A stretch of DNA of 64,000 nucleotides, taken from IMG/VR virus record IMGVR_UViG_2772190672_000001, positions 47,281-111,280 of that record; one strand, given 5' to 3'. Below, one piece after another: positions 1 through 9,398 of the stretch (positions are counted from its first letter, which is position 1; every line of letters starts with the position of its first letter). A program made the translations under genes and the position numbers. This DNA comes from a virus. Lineage: Duplodnaviria; Caudoviricetes. Under the pieces are notes generated by a model. It saw only the letters and a program-made list of their open reading frames with translations, did not search any database and was not told the DNA's origin.

Positions 1-46
1 CCGCGGCGTCGTTCAGGTGGCCCAGCTCCGGGGCGAGCGTGGTCAT
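1..46 (-). CDS. 5' end of the next gene (MTTLAPELGHLNDAA...), probably terminase large subunit; truncated by window edge
   Basis: ATGA overlap with the stop of the terminase small subunit; product inferred from position only. Confidence 0.4.
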   Translation of the reverse strand, partial: MTTLAPELGHLNDAA

Positions 47-732
47 GACTCACCGCTGTCTTCGTCCACCGGCTCCGCGCCCCGCTCGCCGGCCGCCTCG
101 CCTGGCTCGTCGTCGTCCTGGTCGTCGCCGGGGTCGTACGTGCCGTCATCCTCGTCGTCGGTGTCGTCCAGGGCGTGCGCGCGGCGGGCGACCGTCGCGG
201 CCAGCTCGGCGAGCCGTACGCGCCGCTGCTCCGGGGGCAGCTTCTGGAACTCCTCGACCTGGACCGTCAGCGGGTCGCCGCCGGGCCCGGTGACCGCGAT
301 CGTCTCCGTCGGGTCGCCGAACAGGTTCCGGCGCAGCCGCATCGTGGTCTCCACGAACCGCGTGAACTCCATGACGGTCATCGAGCCGACCTGCTGCTGG
401 ATGTGGGGCAGCGCCTGGCCGACCATGCCGGTCATGATCCGCAGGATCTTCGCGTCGTCGCGGGCGGACTTGCGGCGCTCCTCTTCCATCTCGGCGGTGT
501 ACTGCTGCTGCTGGTGGGCGTCCCAGGCTGCGGCCCGGTCCTGCCAGCGGTACTGGGCGGCGAGGGCTCGGACGTGGCTGTACGAAAGTGCTAGCTGGTC
601 TGACGCTTTTGCAAGGGTTCTGGTGAGGCCGAGGTCGCGGAAGACGAGGAAGCGGGAGTGCCGCTTGGGGGTCTCGCCGGGCTGTCGCTCCCACGGGTCG
701 AGGGTGGGGTCGAGGGTGATGCGGTCGCTCAT
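43..732 (-). CDS. Probable terminase small subunit
   Basis: WERQPGET..F..FRDLG..RTLAK...RWQDRAAAWD HTH pattern typical of actinophage small terminases; C-terminal VTGPGGDPL. Confidence 0.65.
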   Translation of the reverse strand: MSDRITLDPTLDPWERQPGETPKRHSRFLVFRDLGLTRTLAKASDQLALSYSHVRALAAQYRWQDRAAAWDAHQQQQYTAEMEEERRKSARDDAKILRIMTGMVGQALPHIQQQVGSMTVMEFTRFVETTMRLRRNLFGDPTETIAVTGPGGDPLTVQVEEFQKLPPEQRRVRLAELAATVARRAHALDDTDDEDDGTYDPGDDQDDDEPGEAAGERGAEPVDEDSGES

Positions 733-865
733 GGGTGCTCACGGTCCTTCTGTCCCGGCCCGGGGGGGGTGGGCGGGTGCTCCGGTGGTAGGCGCGAGCC
801 CGCAAAGCCGGTGTGGGGGTGGGGGCTTTGCGGGCTGTGGCCATGCGTGGGTGCGTCGGGCGTGG

Positions 866-1696
866 CTAGGCCGTGGTGTCGGCCTTGGCGGCTTCCTCGG
901 CTTCCTTGGCGGCTTGCTCGACTTCGCGGCGGGCGATGTCGGTGAGGAGGGCGATCATGGTGGTGAAGTTGCGGACGTCTTTGCAGCGGCCGAAGGCGTA
1001 CACCGCGGCGGCGAAGTCCTCGAACATCTCGACGGGGGCGGCGCCGACGAGGTCGGTGCCGTTGGCGATGGCGGTGATGGCGTCCTTGAAGTCCTCCATC
1101 TGGTGCGGGAGGAACATGAGGGTGGCGGAGCGCCAGTCGAACTCGCCGTGTGGGATGGCCAGCTTGGTGTCGTCGGGTTCGACGGTGGGGAGCTGGTTCT
1201 CGTCCAGGCCGGTGGCGATCAGGTCGTCCACGTTGTCGATCATGGAGACGAGCTGTGCGAGGACGTCCTTGTCGGGATCGCCGTGCAGCTCGTTGTGGGC
1301 AATCTGCTTGGCGATGACCTCGGAGCGGCGCATCGTGCGGGTGTCGATGATGGCGGGGATCTGCTGGAGGCCGGCGGCGCGTGCGGCGCGGGAGCGGTGG
1401 TGGCCGGAGATGACCTCGATCGGGCCGGTTCCGCCGGGCTGGTGGCAGTAGGGCAGGGACTCGACCATGCCGCGCTTGCGGATGTTGCCGGTGAGCCGCT
1501 CGAAGTGGCGGGGCTGCATGACCTGGGCGTTGATGTCCTGCTCACGGAGGGAGGCGACGTCGACCCAGCGGATGAACAGGTCCTCCCCGATCTGCATGAC
1601 GTCGCGGGCCGGGTTCTCGGTGCTCCAGGACATGCCGGTCGGGTCGGGGTCCGGGGCCTGGGCCGGCTCCTGGTCCTGGGGGGCCGGGGTGGTCAC
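866..1696 (-). CDS. ParB/Srx N-terminal-domain protein
   Basis: LREQDINAQVM...LTGNIRKRG...IEVISGHHRSRAA...IAHNELHG; GTG start overlaps the upstream stop. The 872-aa track ORF is over-extended. Confidence 0.75.
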   Translation of the reverse strand: MTTPAPQDQEPAQAPDPDPTGMSWSTENPARDVMQIGEDLFIRWVDVASLREQDINAQVMQPRHFERLTGNIRKRGMVESLPYCHQPGGTGPIEVISGHHRSRAARAAGLQQIPAIIDTRTMRRSEVIAKQIAHNELHGDPDKDVLAQLVSMIDNVDDLIATGLDENQLPTVEPDDTKLAIPHGEFDWRSATLMFLPHQMEDFKDAITAIANGTDLVGAAPVEMFEDFAAAVYAFGRCKDVRNFTTMIALLTDIARREVEQAAKEAEEAAKADTTA

Positions 1697-3150
1697 TTCT
1701 TCTTCGCCTTGCTGCGGCTTGCGCGCCATGCCTGCTCCTTGGTGATGAACGCGGTGAGGGTGGTGGGGATGTCGGTGGTGGACCAGTCGGCGCGGTACGA
1801 CAGCTTGTAGCCGTCCGGGTGCTTGGCCCGCGATTCCAGCTGCATGAGCCCGCGCAGGCCCTTGGCCTCGGGGTGGCGGGTGTACTCGACGGTGACGAGG
1901 CCGTTCGATGCTGCCAGCAGGATCTCCGAGGCGCCGGTGAACACGAGCTTGGCGCTGTCGCGGCGCAGCGCGAGCATCGTCGCCAGGCGGGTCAGGCGGA
2001 GCTCGTAGTGGGGGGCGCCGAACGCGAACCGCATCAGCAGGTGCGTCGTGTACTTCGTGGCGCCGGGGTACGGGCGGGTCATCGTCTCCGCGCCGTAGCC
2101 GATGACGCCGGCGACGAAGCCGTCCACGATGACGAGCATGTTGTACGAGCCGGGCGCCGCGGCGAGCCGGTGCATCCACAGGTCGCGGTAGTAGTCCACC
2201 TCGGTGCCCTTGGCGGGGACGACCTCGACGCGGGACTGGTCGGTGACCTGGTGGTCCGGGGGGATGATCGGTAGAGAGGTAGGCGCGGTGGACCGGGACA
2301 TGCCCAGGGCGACCTTGGGCCCTCCGGTGAGCTTGAAGATCTCCTCCGGCCGGTTGCTGATGACGAAGGCGCGGGCGACGTCGCCGAGCGGGTGCGCGAA
2401 CACCGGGGTCTCGTGGGCCGCGATGCCGGAGCGCTCCTCCTGCAGGAACATCAGCAGGGCGGCCTTGTCCCGCATGTGGTCGGCGAGCCGCTGCATGTCG
2501 ACGTCGGGGTCGAACACCGAGTAGGGGGGCTCGTTCCACTCGACGCGGCCGCCGGTGTCGAAGAACTTCTCGAAGCCGGCCTTGTACGTCGGCGGGGCGG
2601 CGATGATGATCGCGTGCGGGTCGTCCTCGGCCTCGGCGATGTGGTCCCACATGCACTTCGGGGTGAACTTGACGCCGGGGAGACGGTCTGCGATCTGCTG
2701 GAGCGAGCCGACCAGGCGGGCCTTGTGCTCGTCTTCCCGCTCGATCATGTCGGTGACGAGGTTCGTCCAGTAGTCCACCTCGGGCTTGGCCTGCATGCGC
2801 GCGAGCCAGTGGACGTACAGGAGGTGCGCGGCCTGCTCCACGATCGGGGCGTCGGGCAGCTCGACCGGCTCGCCGTCCAGGGTCATGCCCAGCGACGTGA
2901 GGTCGCCGCCTGACACGCAGGTGCCGACGATGCCGGTGTAGAGGGTGACGTCGGACGTCTCCATGCACGACGGTGGGATGCCCGCGTTGGCGGCGACGAG
3001 CGCCGCGGCGAACGAGCCCACGCCGACCTCGACGTAGCGGGTGTACTGGTCGCGGGGGAGCCTGTTGAAGACCTGCCGGTAGAAGGCGCGGTCTGGCGCT
3101 GAGGAGTTGCCGGCGAACAGCACTCCGGGTGCGGCGAATCCTGCGGGCAT
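1693..3150 (-). CDS. Divergent adenine-methyltransferase-like DNA modification protein with an extra C-terminal domain
   Basis: YVEVGVGSFA (SAM motif I-like) and AAPPTY (DPPY-like); translationally coupled to the ParB-like gene. Confidence 0.6.
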   Translation of the reverse strand: MPAGFAAPGVLFAGNSSAPDRAFYRQVFNRLPRDQYTRYVEVGVGSFAAALVAANAGIPPSCMETSDVTLYTGIVGTCVSGGDLTSLGMTLDGEPVELPDAPIVEQAAHLLYVHWLARMQAKPEVDYWTNLVTDMIEREDEHKARLVGSLQQIADRLPGVKFTPKCMWDHIAEAEDDPHAIIIAAPPTYKAGFEKFFDTGGRVEWNEPPYSVFDPDVDMQRLADHMRDKAALLMFLQEERSGIAAHETPVFAHPLGDVARAFVISNRPEEIFKLTGGPKVALGMSRSTAPTSLPIIPPDHQVTDQSRVEVVPAKGTEVDYYRDLWMHRLAAAPGSYNMLVIVDGFVAGVIGYGAETMTRPYPGATKYTTHLLMRFAFGAPHYELRLTRLATMLALRRDSAKLVFTGASEILLAASNGLVTVEYTRHPEAKGLRGLMQLESRAKHPDGYKLSYRADWSTTDIPTTLTAFITKEQAWRASRSKAKKK

Positions 3151-3591
3151 GCCTGTCCCTGGGGGAAGGTGGCGGATCGCTCGGCCCACAACCAGCAGCG
3201 TCGGGCAAGGGTAGTCGCTGACCTGCTAGGGGCTGGTGGCCATGGTTCGCGACAATGTTGCACCCGAGCTTCGCCGGAGTGCCCCAGTAGCCGTCGTTGT
3301 TTCGGCTGGTCCAGTCCGTGATGGTTTCCGGGATGAGATCCGCGATGCTGTTCGCAGTCTTCGGTGCAGCAGTTGGATGCAAACTACGCACCCGACCAAC
3401 TGTCTCGTGTCTCCAAGAATTGCGGTAGTCTCGGAAGCACTTCCTGATTACGTCTTCTGAATGCGTAATCCGTGAAACGACCAAGGCCCCGCCCTCCCGT
3501 AGGTTGCGACCCTACGGATCGCGAGGACGAGGCCCTGGCTTGGTGGTGTGAGCCCTGGCCGAGCTGAGTGCTCAGCTGGGGCTCACGCGTT

Positions 3592-3720
3592 TCACGTACG
3601 GTGCTCGATGAGCCACGCGACCACGAGGAAGACCTCGCAGCTCGCGCTCACACGCTCCGAGGAGACGTGCGCACGTACGTGTTTCTCCCACCGATCTTTC
3701 AGCCACCGAAACAGCTTCAA
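3592..3720 (-). CDS. Possible 42-aa peptide (MKLFRWLKDRWEKHVRAHVSSERVSASCEVFLVVAWLIEHRT)
   Basis: AAGGGAG RBS before TTG; hairpin follows at 3548-3586. Confidence 0.3.
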   Translation of the reverse strand: MKLFRWLKDRWEKHVRAHVSSERVSASCEVFLVVAWLIEHRT

Positions 3721-4000
3721 GATCGGCTCCCTTCGGCGAAGCCGGGTTTACCCCGGCACCACAAGGGACGCGGTCGCGCCCCCACGTGTCGGGTGCGGTC
3801 CGTCATCCCCCTGAAGGAGTAAGCAGCAATGTACAGCGCGGCCTGGACGAATCCCCAATCTTCGGTGCTCATCCGGAAGTTGCGGCAACAGCCGTTCCAT
3901 AATCGGATCAAAATCGATCAGAATTGGCTACATATCGAAAGCTCTAGTCTCGGTTGCCGGCTTCCATCGATCCAGGCCGGCTCGTTACCGGGCATGCGAA

Positions 4001-4035
4001 CGCCCCCTGCCCCGGAAGCGGGGTCACAGGGGGCG
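4001..4035 (-). terminator. Stem-loop just downstream of the tRNA
   Basis: CGCCCCCTG-CCCCG-GAAG-CGGGG-TCA-CAGGGGGCG. Confidence 0.55.
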
Positions 4036-4042
4036 AACCATA

Positions 4043-4119
4043 TGGACCGCGAGGGAGGACTCGAACCTCCAACCTTCACCTTCGAGAGGTGATGCTCCAT
4101 CCAATCGAGCTGCTCGCGG
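4043..4119 (-). tRNA. tRNA-Arg(UCG)-like gene with non-canonical positions
   Basis: Cloverleaf: acceptor CCGCGAG/CTCGCGG, D stem GCTC/GAGC, anticodon stem TCACC/GGTGA with loop TCTCGAA, T arm GGAGG-TTCGAGT-CCTCC, encoded CCA. Confidence 0.75.
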
Positions 4120-4251
4120 ACAGTGGGGGGATGGTAGCAGTTCAACCGGTCTGCCGGGTATGCCCTCTTGGCGGCCTCTGGGCGGCGGTGTGACCGAGGG
4201 CCGGGGGAAGGTGATGCTCCCCCGACCCTCGGTCGGTGCGGTGCCCCGCGG

Positions 4252-4764
4252 TCAGAACAGGGTCTGTGGTGGCGTGGCCGTCGGCTTCGGGGCCGTCGGC
4301 CGGCGCGTTCCGCCCGGGTTGGGGAGTTCGAGGACCTCCCAGCCGTAGCGCTGCTGGAACCACTCGGCCGCCCACTGCCGATGGCAGGCTTCCCCGGCGT
4401 TGACGTTCTCGAAGCACATCAGGACGCCGGGCAGGTTCGGGTACGACTGGGCGACCTCGTCCAGCGCGGCCAGGATTTCGGCCTCGTGGCGTACGAGCCG
4501 CTGCCGGTACACCCGGCGCTCGATGGGGATGTTGTCGATGCCCTTGAGGGGCGGTTTCATCAGCTCCCACGGGGCTAGGGCCTTGATCTGGATGAAGTTG
4601 TAGCGGACGAAGCGGGGCCGTCCCACGGTGATCCCGATAGGGATTCCGGCGTCTTCCTGCCAGTTCTGGTAACGGCTGGTCACCAGCTCCAGCGGCTGGG
4701 CGACTTGGATGCGTTCCACGTCCGGTTCGGGCCCGTCGAGGCCGAGGCTCTTGAGGTCGATCAC
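4252..4764 (-). CDS. DUF488-like protein
   Basis: GITVGRPRF..LAP..Y...VLMCFE..CHRQWAAEW; GTG start with AGAAAGG RBS. Confidence 0.65.
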   Translation of the reverse strand: MIDLKSLGLDGPEPDVERIQVAQPLELVTSRYQNWQEDAGIPIGITVGRPRFVRYNFIQIKALAPWELMKPPLKGIDNIPIERRVYRQRLVRHEAEILAALDEVAQSYPNLPGVLMCFENVNAGEACHRQWAAEWFQQRYGWEVLELPNPGGTRRPTAPKPTATPPQTLF

Positions 4765-4804
4765 TGGTCTTGCCTTTCTGTGGTGGTGTGTCCTGCTTTC
4801 ATTC

Positions 4805-4852
4805 TTGACCAACCGGCCGGGTTTACCCTCGTGTCCCGACTGGCTTGGCCCA
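4805..4852 (-). repeat. Palindromic promoter-cassette repeat R1 (degenerate, 48 bp)
   Basis: TTGACC-AACCGG-CCGGGTTTACCCTCGTGTCCCGA-CTGGCTT-GGCCCA. Confidence 0.65.
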
Positions 4853-4889
4853 GGGGCCCCGACTGGTGCGGGGCCCTTGCGCCACTACG

Positions 4890-6053
4890 TCAGGAGGCGC
4901 TGGTCTTGGGGGTGTTGGTGGCCTCCGCCTCGGGGGCGACCCGGAGCGCTCCCGCCAGGACGGTGGCCGCGGTGGCGGCCTTGGCCAGGTTCTGGGCGGC
5001 CTTCGTGGCGACCTGCCGCAGGTGGTCGATCCGCATCTTGTTGCCGGGGATGCCACCGTGCGCCCCGGAGAGGAGGAGCGCCAGCGTGTCGGGATCCAGG
5101 TCGGCGATCTCCTGGAGGATCTTGCCCGCGTCCTCCAGCCTGCCGATCTTGCCGACGAGCTTCTTGCGGTCGGCCACGATCTGCTCGCGCTTGTCGACGT
5201 CCACGGCCAGCTCGGGGAACATGCTGTCGTCGACCTTGTCGGCGCCGGGGGCGTCCTCGGCCAGGACGAACATGACGCTCTGGCTGGCCGCTTCCTGCTC
5301 CTCGTTGCGGACCCTCGTGCAGAACATCTCGGCCTCGCGGGGGCTGTTGAACTGGCCGCGGGTCCAGCGGGCGATGAACGCGTTCTGGTTGGCCGGGCTG
5401 ATCTGCGAGGCGTACCAGGCCAGGCCGACCGGCAGGTGGCCCTTGAGCAGCGCCTCCTGCACGGCGGGCACGAGCTTGAGGAGGGAGAGTCGCAGGTCCA
5501 CGTAGTTCCAGCTCTTGCCGACCCGCTTGGCGACCGCTTCGGGGGTCAGCCCGAAGTCCATCAGCTTCTTGAAGGCCCGCGCCTCCTCCAGCGGGGTCAT
5601 GTTCTCGCGGCTGAGGTTCTCCGCCACCGACCGCTCGAAGCCCTCCAGCGTCTCCGAGCCGCCCTCCAGGCCGTGGGTCACCATCGCCGGGATGTCGGCC
5701 TTGCCTGCGATCTGGGAGGCCCTCCACCGGCGCTCGCCCGCGATCAGCATGTACCGCTTGGTGCCCCGGATGTAGCGGAGGCTGACCGCCTGCTGGACGC
5801 CGATCTCCTTGATGCTGGCGGCCAGCTCCTCCAGCTTCTCCTGGTCGAAGACTTCGCGAGGCTGGTTCGGGTCGCGGTCGATCCGGTCGAGCGGGACCGT
5901 CTTGAACGCCGTCTTGACCGCGGCCGGCGCCGCCGGGGCCGGGGCCGCCGCCTTCTTGGTCGGGGCCTTGCGGGTGGTCGGCTTCTTCGCCGCGTCCTTA
6001 TTGGCGGGGGCCTTCGCGGTGGCCTTCTTGATGGTGGCGGTGGTGGCGGTCAT
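4890..6053 (-). CDS. parB: ParB/Spo0J-family partition protein
   Basis: DPNQPR, LIAGERRWRAS, ENLSRENMTPLEEARAF and HTH; Lys/Ala-rich N-terminus. Confidence 0.9.
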   Translation of the reverse strand: MTATTATIKKATAKAPANKDAAKKPTTRKAPTKKAAAPAPAAPAAVKTAFKTVPLDRIDRDPNQPREVFDQEKLEELAASIKEIGVQQAVSLRYIRGTKRYMLIAGERRWRASQIAGKADIPAMVTHGLEGGSETLEGFERSVAENLSRENMTPLEEARAFKKLMDFGLTPEAVAKRVGKSWNYVDLRLSLLKLVPAVQEALLKGHLPVGLAWYASQISPANQNAFIARWTRGQFNSPREAEMFCTRVRNEEQEAASQSVMFVLAEDAPGADKVDDSMFPELAVDVDKREQIVADRKKLVGKIGRLEDAGKILQEIADLDPDTLALLLSGAHGGIPGNKMRIDHLRQVATKAAQNLAKAATAATVLAGALRVAPEAEATNTPKTSAS

Positions 6054-6100
6054 GGCGCCCTCCGTGGTGAGTGGATGGGTGGTGTGTCGCGCAGTCATCA

Positions 6101-6149
6101 TTGACCAAAGCTCTCGGGGTAACCTCGGTGTGCCAATGGATTTGGCCGT
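6101..6149 (-). repeat. Repeat R2
   Basis: TTGACC-AAAGCTC-TCGGGGTAAC-CTC-GGTGTGCCAA-TGGATTT-GGCCGT. Confidence 0.8.
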
Positions 6150-6221
6150 ACAGTTGGCAAGCGTGCCCAGGTCAGAGCCCTGCCGGAGGCCCACGCCGAG
6201 AGGGCGCGGGCCGGGTGTTCG

Positions 6222-6536
6222 CTAGATGAAGGGGGCCAGCGCCAGGGCCCCGCGGGTGATGACGTCGTCGCCGCCACCCCGGAGGAGGGCGCGGGTGGCA
6301 GCCATCAGGTCGCGGCGGGCCTGCTCGCGGTGCTGGATGACCCTCTGGCGGAGCGTCTCACCGGAGGCGATCAGCTTCTCGTGGTCCAGCTCGCCCTTGC
6401 GGACGCTCCGGCGGATCTCGATCGCCCATTCCACCTGCTCGGTGCGGAGCAGTCGCTTCACGAGGTCGAGTGCGTCACCCGCGTCGCCCGCGCCGGCGAT
6501 CAGCTCGATTTCCTCGGTGAGGGCCGTGATGTCCAT
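6222..6536 (-). CDS. Hypothetical protein
   Basis: GGGAG RBS, MDITALTEEIELIAG; follows R3. Confidence 0.7.
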   Translation of the reverse strand: MDITALTEEIELIAGAGDAGDALDLVKRLLRTEQVEWAIEIRRSVRKGELDHEKLIASGETLRQRVIQHREQARRDLMAATRALLRGGGDDVITRGALALAPFI

Positions 6537-6580
6537 CGCTCGCTCCCTGGGGGGGTTGGTGGTATGTCGTGCATTCATCC

Positions 6581-6629
6581 TTCCGCCAGCCCACCTGGCC
6601 AACCTCGTTGTCCCGGTGGATTTGGTCAA
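6581..6629 (-). repeat. Repeat R3
   Basis: TTCCGC-CAGCCCA-CCTGGCCAAC-CTC-GTTGTCCCGG-TGGATTT-GGTCAA. Confidence 0.85.
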
Positions 6630-6636
6630 AGGATCG

Positions 6637-6981
6637 TCAGGAAACCCGCAGGTCAGCCGGTGGGCGACGGTTGACGTGCACGTGGAGGGTGCCGGGCTCC
6701 AGGACGGGTGACGGGTCCCCGTCGGCCCGCACCAGCTCGGGCCGCAGCTGCTCCAGCCAGGGCCACAGGATGCCGGGGGCGAACGTGACCGCCAGGTGGG
6801 TGGCGCCGCCGAGCCGGGCCGACAGGTCCGCGGCGGTCGTCCTGCGGCGGGGCTCGCGGCGGGGCCTCGCCGTCTGCTGGCGGCCCAGCTCGCCGACCGG
6901 CGCGGGCACGAACCGGGGGGCCAGCGGGGAGACGGGCGCGGCACCGAAGAGGGCGATCTGTCCGGCCGGGGTCTCAGGCAT
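6637..6981 (-). CDS. Hypothetical protein
   Basis: MPETPAGQIALFG; start overlaps the end of the upstream gene. Confidence 0.5.
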   Translation of the reverse strand: MPETPAGQIALFGAAPVSPLAPRFVPAPVGELGRQQTARPRREPRRRTTAADLSARLGGATHLAVTFAPGILWPWLEQLRPELVRADGDPSPVLEPGTLHVHVNRRPPADLRVS

Positions 6982-7705
6982 CGGCGGGCTCCAGCGTGGC
7001 GAACAGCTCGGCCTGTACCGGCTCGGGCGCCGCCGCTGCGGCGGGCCGGGCATGGACCAGGTGCTCGGCGACCGTCCAGTCCACCCACTCCCATCCCGGG
7101 AGCAGTGGGCGGCCGTCCCGGGCGGGGCCGCACAGCGTCGTCATCCCGGCCGCGCGGGCGGCCTGGCGGGCAGCGGTTCCTTCGAGGATGAGGTGATCGG
7201 CCAGCACCTGGTGCACGGTGCCGTCGCAGTGCAGCCAGACCTCGCACTTCGGGGTGCCGAGGGCGGTCACCATGGCGAAGCGGTGGATGTCGCCCCAGCC
7301 GGGGTGTAGGCCACCTGGTTTCACCCAGACCCACGTGCCGGGTGCGATGTCGCCGGGTCCGGCCGGTGTGTACTGGTAGGGCGGCTCCTGCCGACGGCGC
7401 CGACTGGGCTTGGGCGGGTAGAAGTGGCTCGGCGGGTAGCTGGCGGGGCGGGCTGCGCTCAGTTCGGCGGCTTGGGCCATGACAACGTCGGCGGCGGTGT
7501 AGCAGCTGGGGCCGACGTGCCAGTTCCGGGGGCCGCGTTTCTCCCACCAGGTGGGGGCGCCGCACTGGCAGCGGCCTTCGGTGAGGTGCTCGGCGGCGGT
7601 CGCGCAGGGCCAGGCGGTGCCACAGGACCGGCAAGTGGGCCCGTCGTCCAGGCCGCGGGGAAGGTGGGCGTCGGGGAGGCGGATGATGAGCGGCTTCCAG
7701 TCCAT
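6974..7705 (-). CDS. Hypothetical protein with Cys/His (possible Zn-binding) motifs
   Basis: CRSC..WPC..H..CQCG; AAAGGG RBS. Confidence 0.65.
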   Translation of the reverse strand: MDWKPLIIRLPDAHLPRGLDDGPTCRSCGTAWPCATAAEHLTEGRCQCGAPTWWEKRGPRNWHVGPSCYTAADVVMAQAAELSAARPASYPPSHFYPPKPSRRRRQEPPYQYTPAGPGDIAPGTWVWVKPGGLHPGWGDIHRFAMVTALGTPKCEVWLHCDGTVHQVLADHLILEGTAARQAARAAGMTTLCGPARDGRPLLPGWEWVDWTVAEHLVHARPAAAAAPEPVQAELFATLEPADA

Positions 7706-7787
7706 CGGTGCGCCCTTTCTTGGGTGTCGGGTGGAGGATGAGAGCGGGCCGGGGAGCGCTGCCTGCTCCCCGGCCCGCCGGCGGCTG

Positions 7788-9014
7788 CTACTTGGCCAGG
7801 ACGTGGACGTTGCTGCTGGCCGTCTTGGGGCCGGTGCAGATGTACTCGCCCCACTCGTCGTGCAGCCGGTTGCCGGTGCCGTCCCAGATCAGCGGCTTCT
7901 CGCACTGGGCGCACGGGCCGGCGTCCTCCCCCGGCGTCCCGTGCGGCCGGGCCTCGTCTGCGGGGGTGGTGGTGTCGGCGTGCATCTCCTCGAGGAAGTC
8001 GACCGCTGCCGCGAGGTTGTTCGCGCCGACCACGGTGACGTCCTCGTTCTGGCTGGCCTCGTCGAAGTCGTCGGCGGCCACGATGAACTTCCGGTATCCG
8101 GCGGTCTGGGCGGTGCGGATGAGGGCGGTGACGTCCTCCACGTAGCGGACCCGGCCGTCGAGCCCCAGCTCGCCGATCAGGACCACCCCGTTCAGTGCGG
8201 CCGGGTCGAAGGCGCCCGCGGCGGCGAGTGCGGTGCAGGCGAACGCCAGGTCGGAGGCGGAGCCGAAGCGCAGCGCCGGCCACTCGGCTGCGATGTCCAT
8301 CGCGCCGGGCTCCCATCCCAGGTCGCTGTTGACGATGGCCGCGCGGATGCGATCGCGGGTCTCGCGGGCCTGGTCGCGGGTTTCGCGGACGAAGGGGGAG
8401 GCCGGGTTGTCGGTGATCTGGATGGCCGCGGTGGCGCCCCGGTGGTACTCGGCGCGGATCGAGGCCATGCCCCTGGGGGTGGGGAACGAGGTGGCCGCGG
8501 TGCGCCTGCCGGTGACGTCGACCGTGGGCAGGGTCACCGACCGGTACGGCTCGCCTTCGGCTGCGACCTCCCAGCCGGCCGCGAGGAGGCCGCCGAAGGG
8601 GAACGCCTCCGCGAGCAGGTGGTCGATGTCGTCGGCGTAGCTGTCGGTGAGGGGGCTGGTCGAGAGGTACCTGTCGTCGGTGTGGAAGAGGGTCTTGCCG
8701 TTGCCGTCGCGGACCTCGTGCAGCTCGCATGCTTCGGTGTCTGCGGTGATCGTGGTCGCGTCGGGCAGGGCCTCGCGGATGAGGCGGGCGACGTATTCGA
8801 GGGTCCTGCGGTGGAGGACGGTGCGGGCGCGCGCGGCGTTGTCCAGCGCGTTGTTGGCGGCGTGGGAGAGGGCGGCGGTCGTGGAGTCGGTCCGGGTGGT
8901 GTGGGCCGAGTGGTCGGTGGCCAGGACCGGTGGACGGGCGGGGATGCCGGTGATCGACTCGCTCGGCGTGTAGCTCGGCGGCTGGCGGTCGGTCATGCGG
9001 GGCTCGTAGCTCAT
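7788..9014 (-). CDS. Protein with C-terminal ComM/YifB N-terminal (Lon_C/ChlI-like) domain, no AAA+ ATPase
   Basis: ETRDRIRAAIVNS...DLAFACTALAAAG...VLIGELGLDGRVR. Confidence 0.75.
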   Translation of the reverse strand: MSYEPRMTDRQPPSYTPSESITGIPARPPVLATDHSAHTTRTDSTTAALSHAANNALDNAARARTVLHRRTLEYVARLIREALPDATTITADTEACELHEVRDGNGKTLFHTDDRYLSTSPLTDSYADDIDHLLAEAFPFGGLLAAGWEVAAEGEPYRSVTLPTVDVTGRRTAATSFPTPRGMASIRAEYHRGATAAIQITDNPASPFVRETRDQARETRDRIRAAIVNSDLGWEPGAMDIAAEWPALRFGSASDLAFACTALAAAGAFDPAALNGVVLIGELGLDGRVRYVEDVTALIRTAQTAGYRKFIVAADDFDEASQNEDVTVVGANNLAAAVDFLEEMHADTTTPADEARPHGTPGEDAGPCAQCEKPLIWDGTGNRLHDEWGEYICTGPKTASSNVHVLAK

Positions 9015-9047
9015 GGTCGATTCCCTCGGTGGGTTGTGGAGTGCCGG

Positions 9048-9139
9048 GGTGGCGGCTCCGGGGCGGGCGGCGCGCACCGGGCCGAGGCCCGTCGCGCTGC
9101 CCGCTCCGGGGGCGGCCGGCTGGCCGCCCGGCCGGGTCA
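9048..9139 (-). repeat. GC-rich structured intergenic element, copy 1
   Basis: Near-duplicate of 10291-10381; both precede a ComM-like gene. Confidence 0.7.
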
Positions 9140-9355
9140 GAAGCCGAACTCGCAGTACTCGCAGAACGCCGTCCGCACCTCCCCCTTGTTGTTGGTGAGC
9201 GCCACCAGCTCCGACCTGCAGTCCTCGCACTCGCCGAGGCCCGTTGCCGGGATGGGGGTGGTGACCGGCTTTGCGGGGGTGAGGACGGGCGCGGGGCTGG
9301 CGTTGACCGTCGCGGTGACCGAGCCGGTGCTGTTGCTGATGAGGAGGATCGCCAT
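9137..9355 (-). CDS. Small zinc-ribbon protein
   Basis: CEDC...CEYC; GGGAG RBS; follows R4. Confidence 0.65.
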   Translation of the reverse strand: MAILLISNSTGSVTATVNASPAPVLTPAKPVTTPIPATGLGECEDCRSELVALTNNKGEVRTAFCEYCEFGF

Positions 9356-9398
9356 CGTGTGCTCCCTGGAGGTGAGGTGGTGTGTCGCACTTCATTCA

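Noticed and set aside
866-3484. Single 872-aa ORF
   Set aside because: Only the last 276 aa are ParB-like; the rest overlaps the MTase-like gene in another frame
4043-4119. tRNA as the prophage attachment site
   Set aside because: It lies inside the phage gene order, far from the integrase, and no duplicated 3' end was noticed; att sites are probably outside the window
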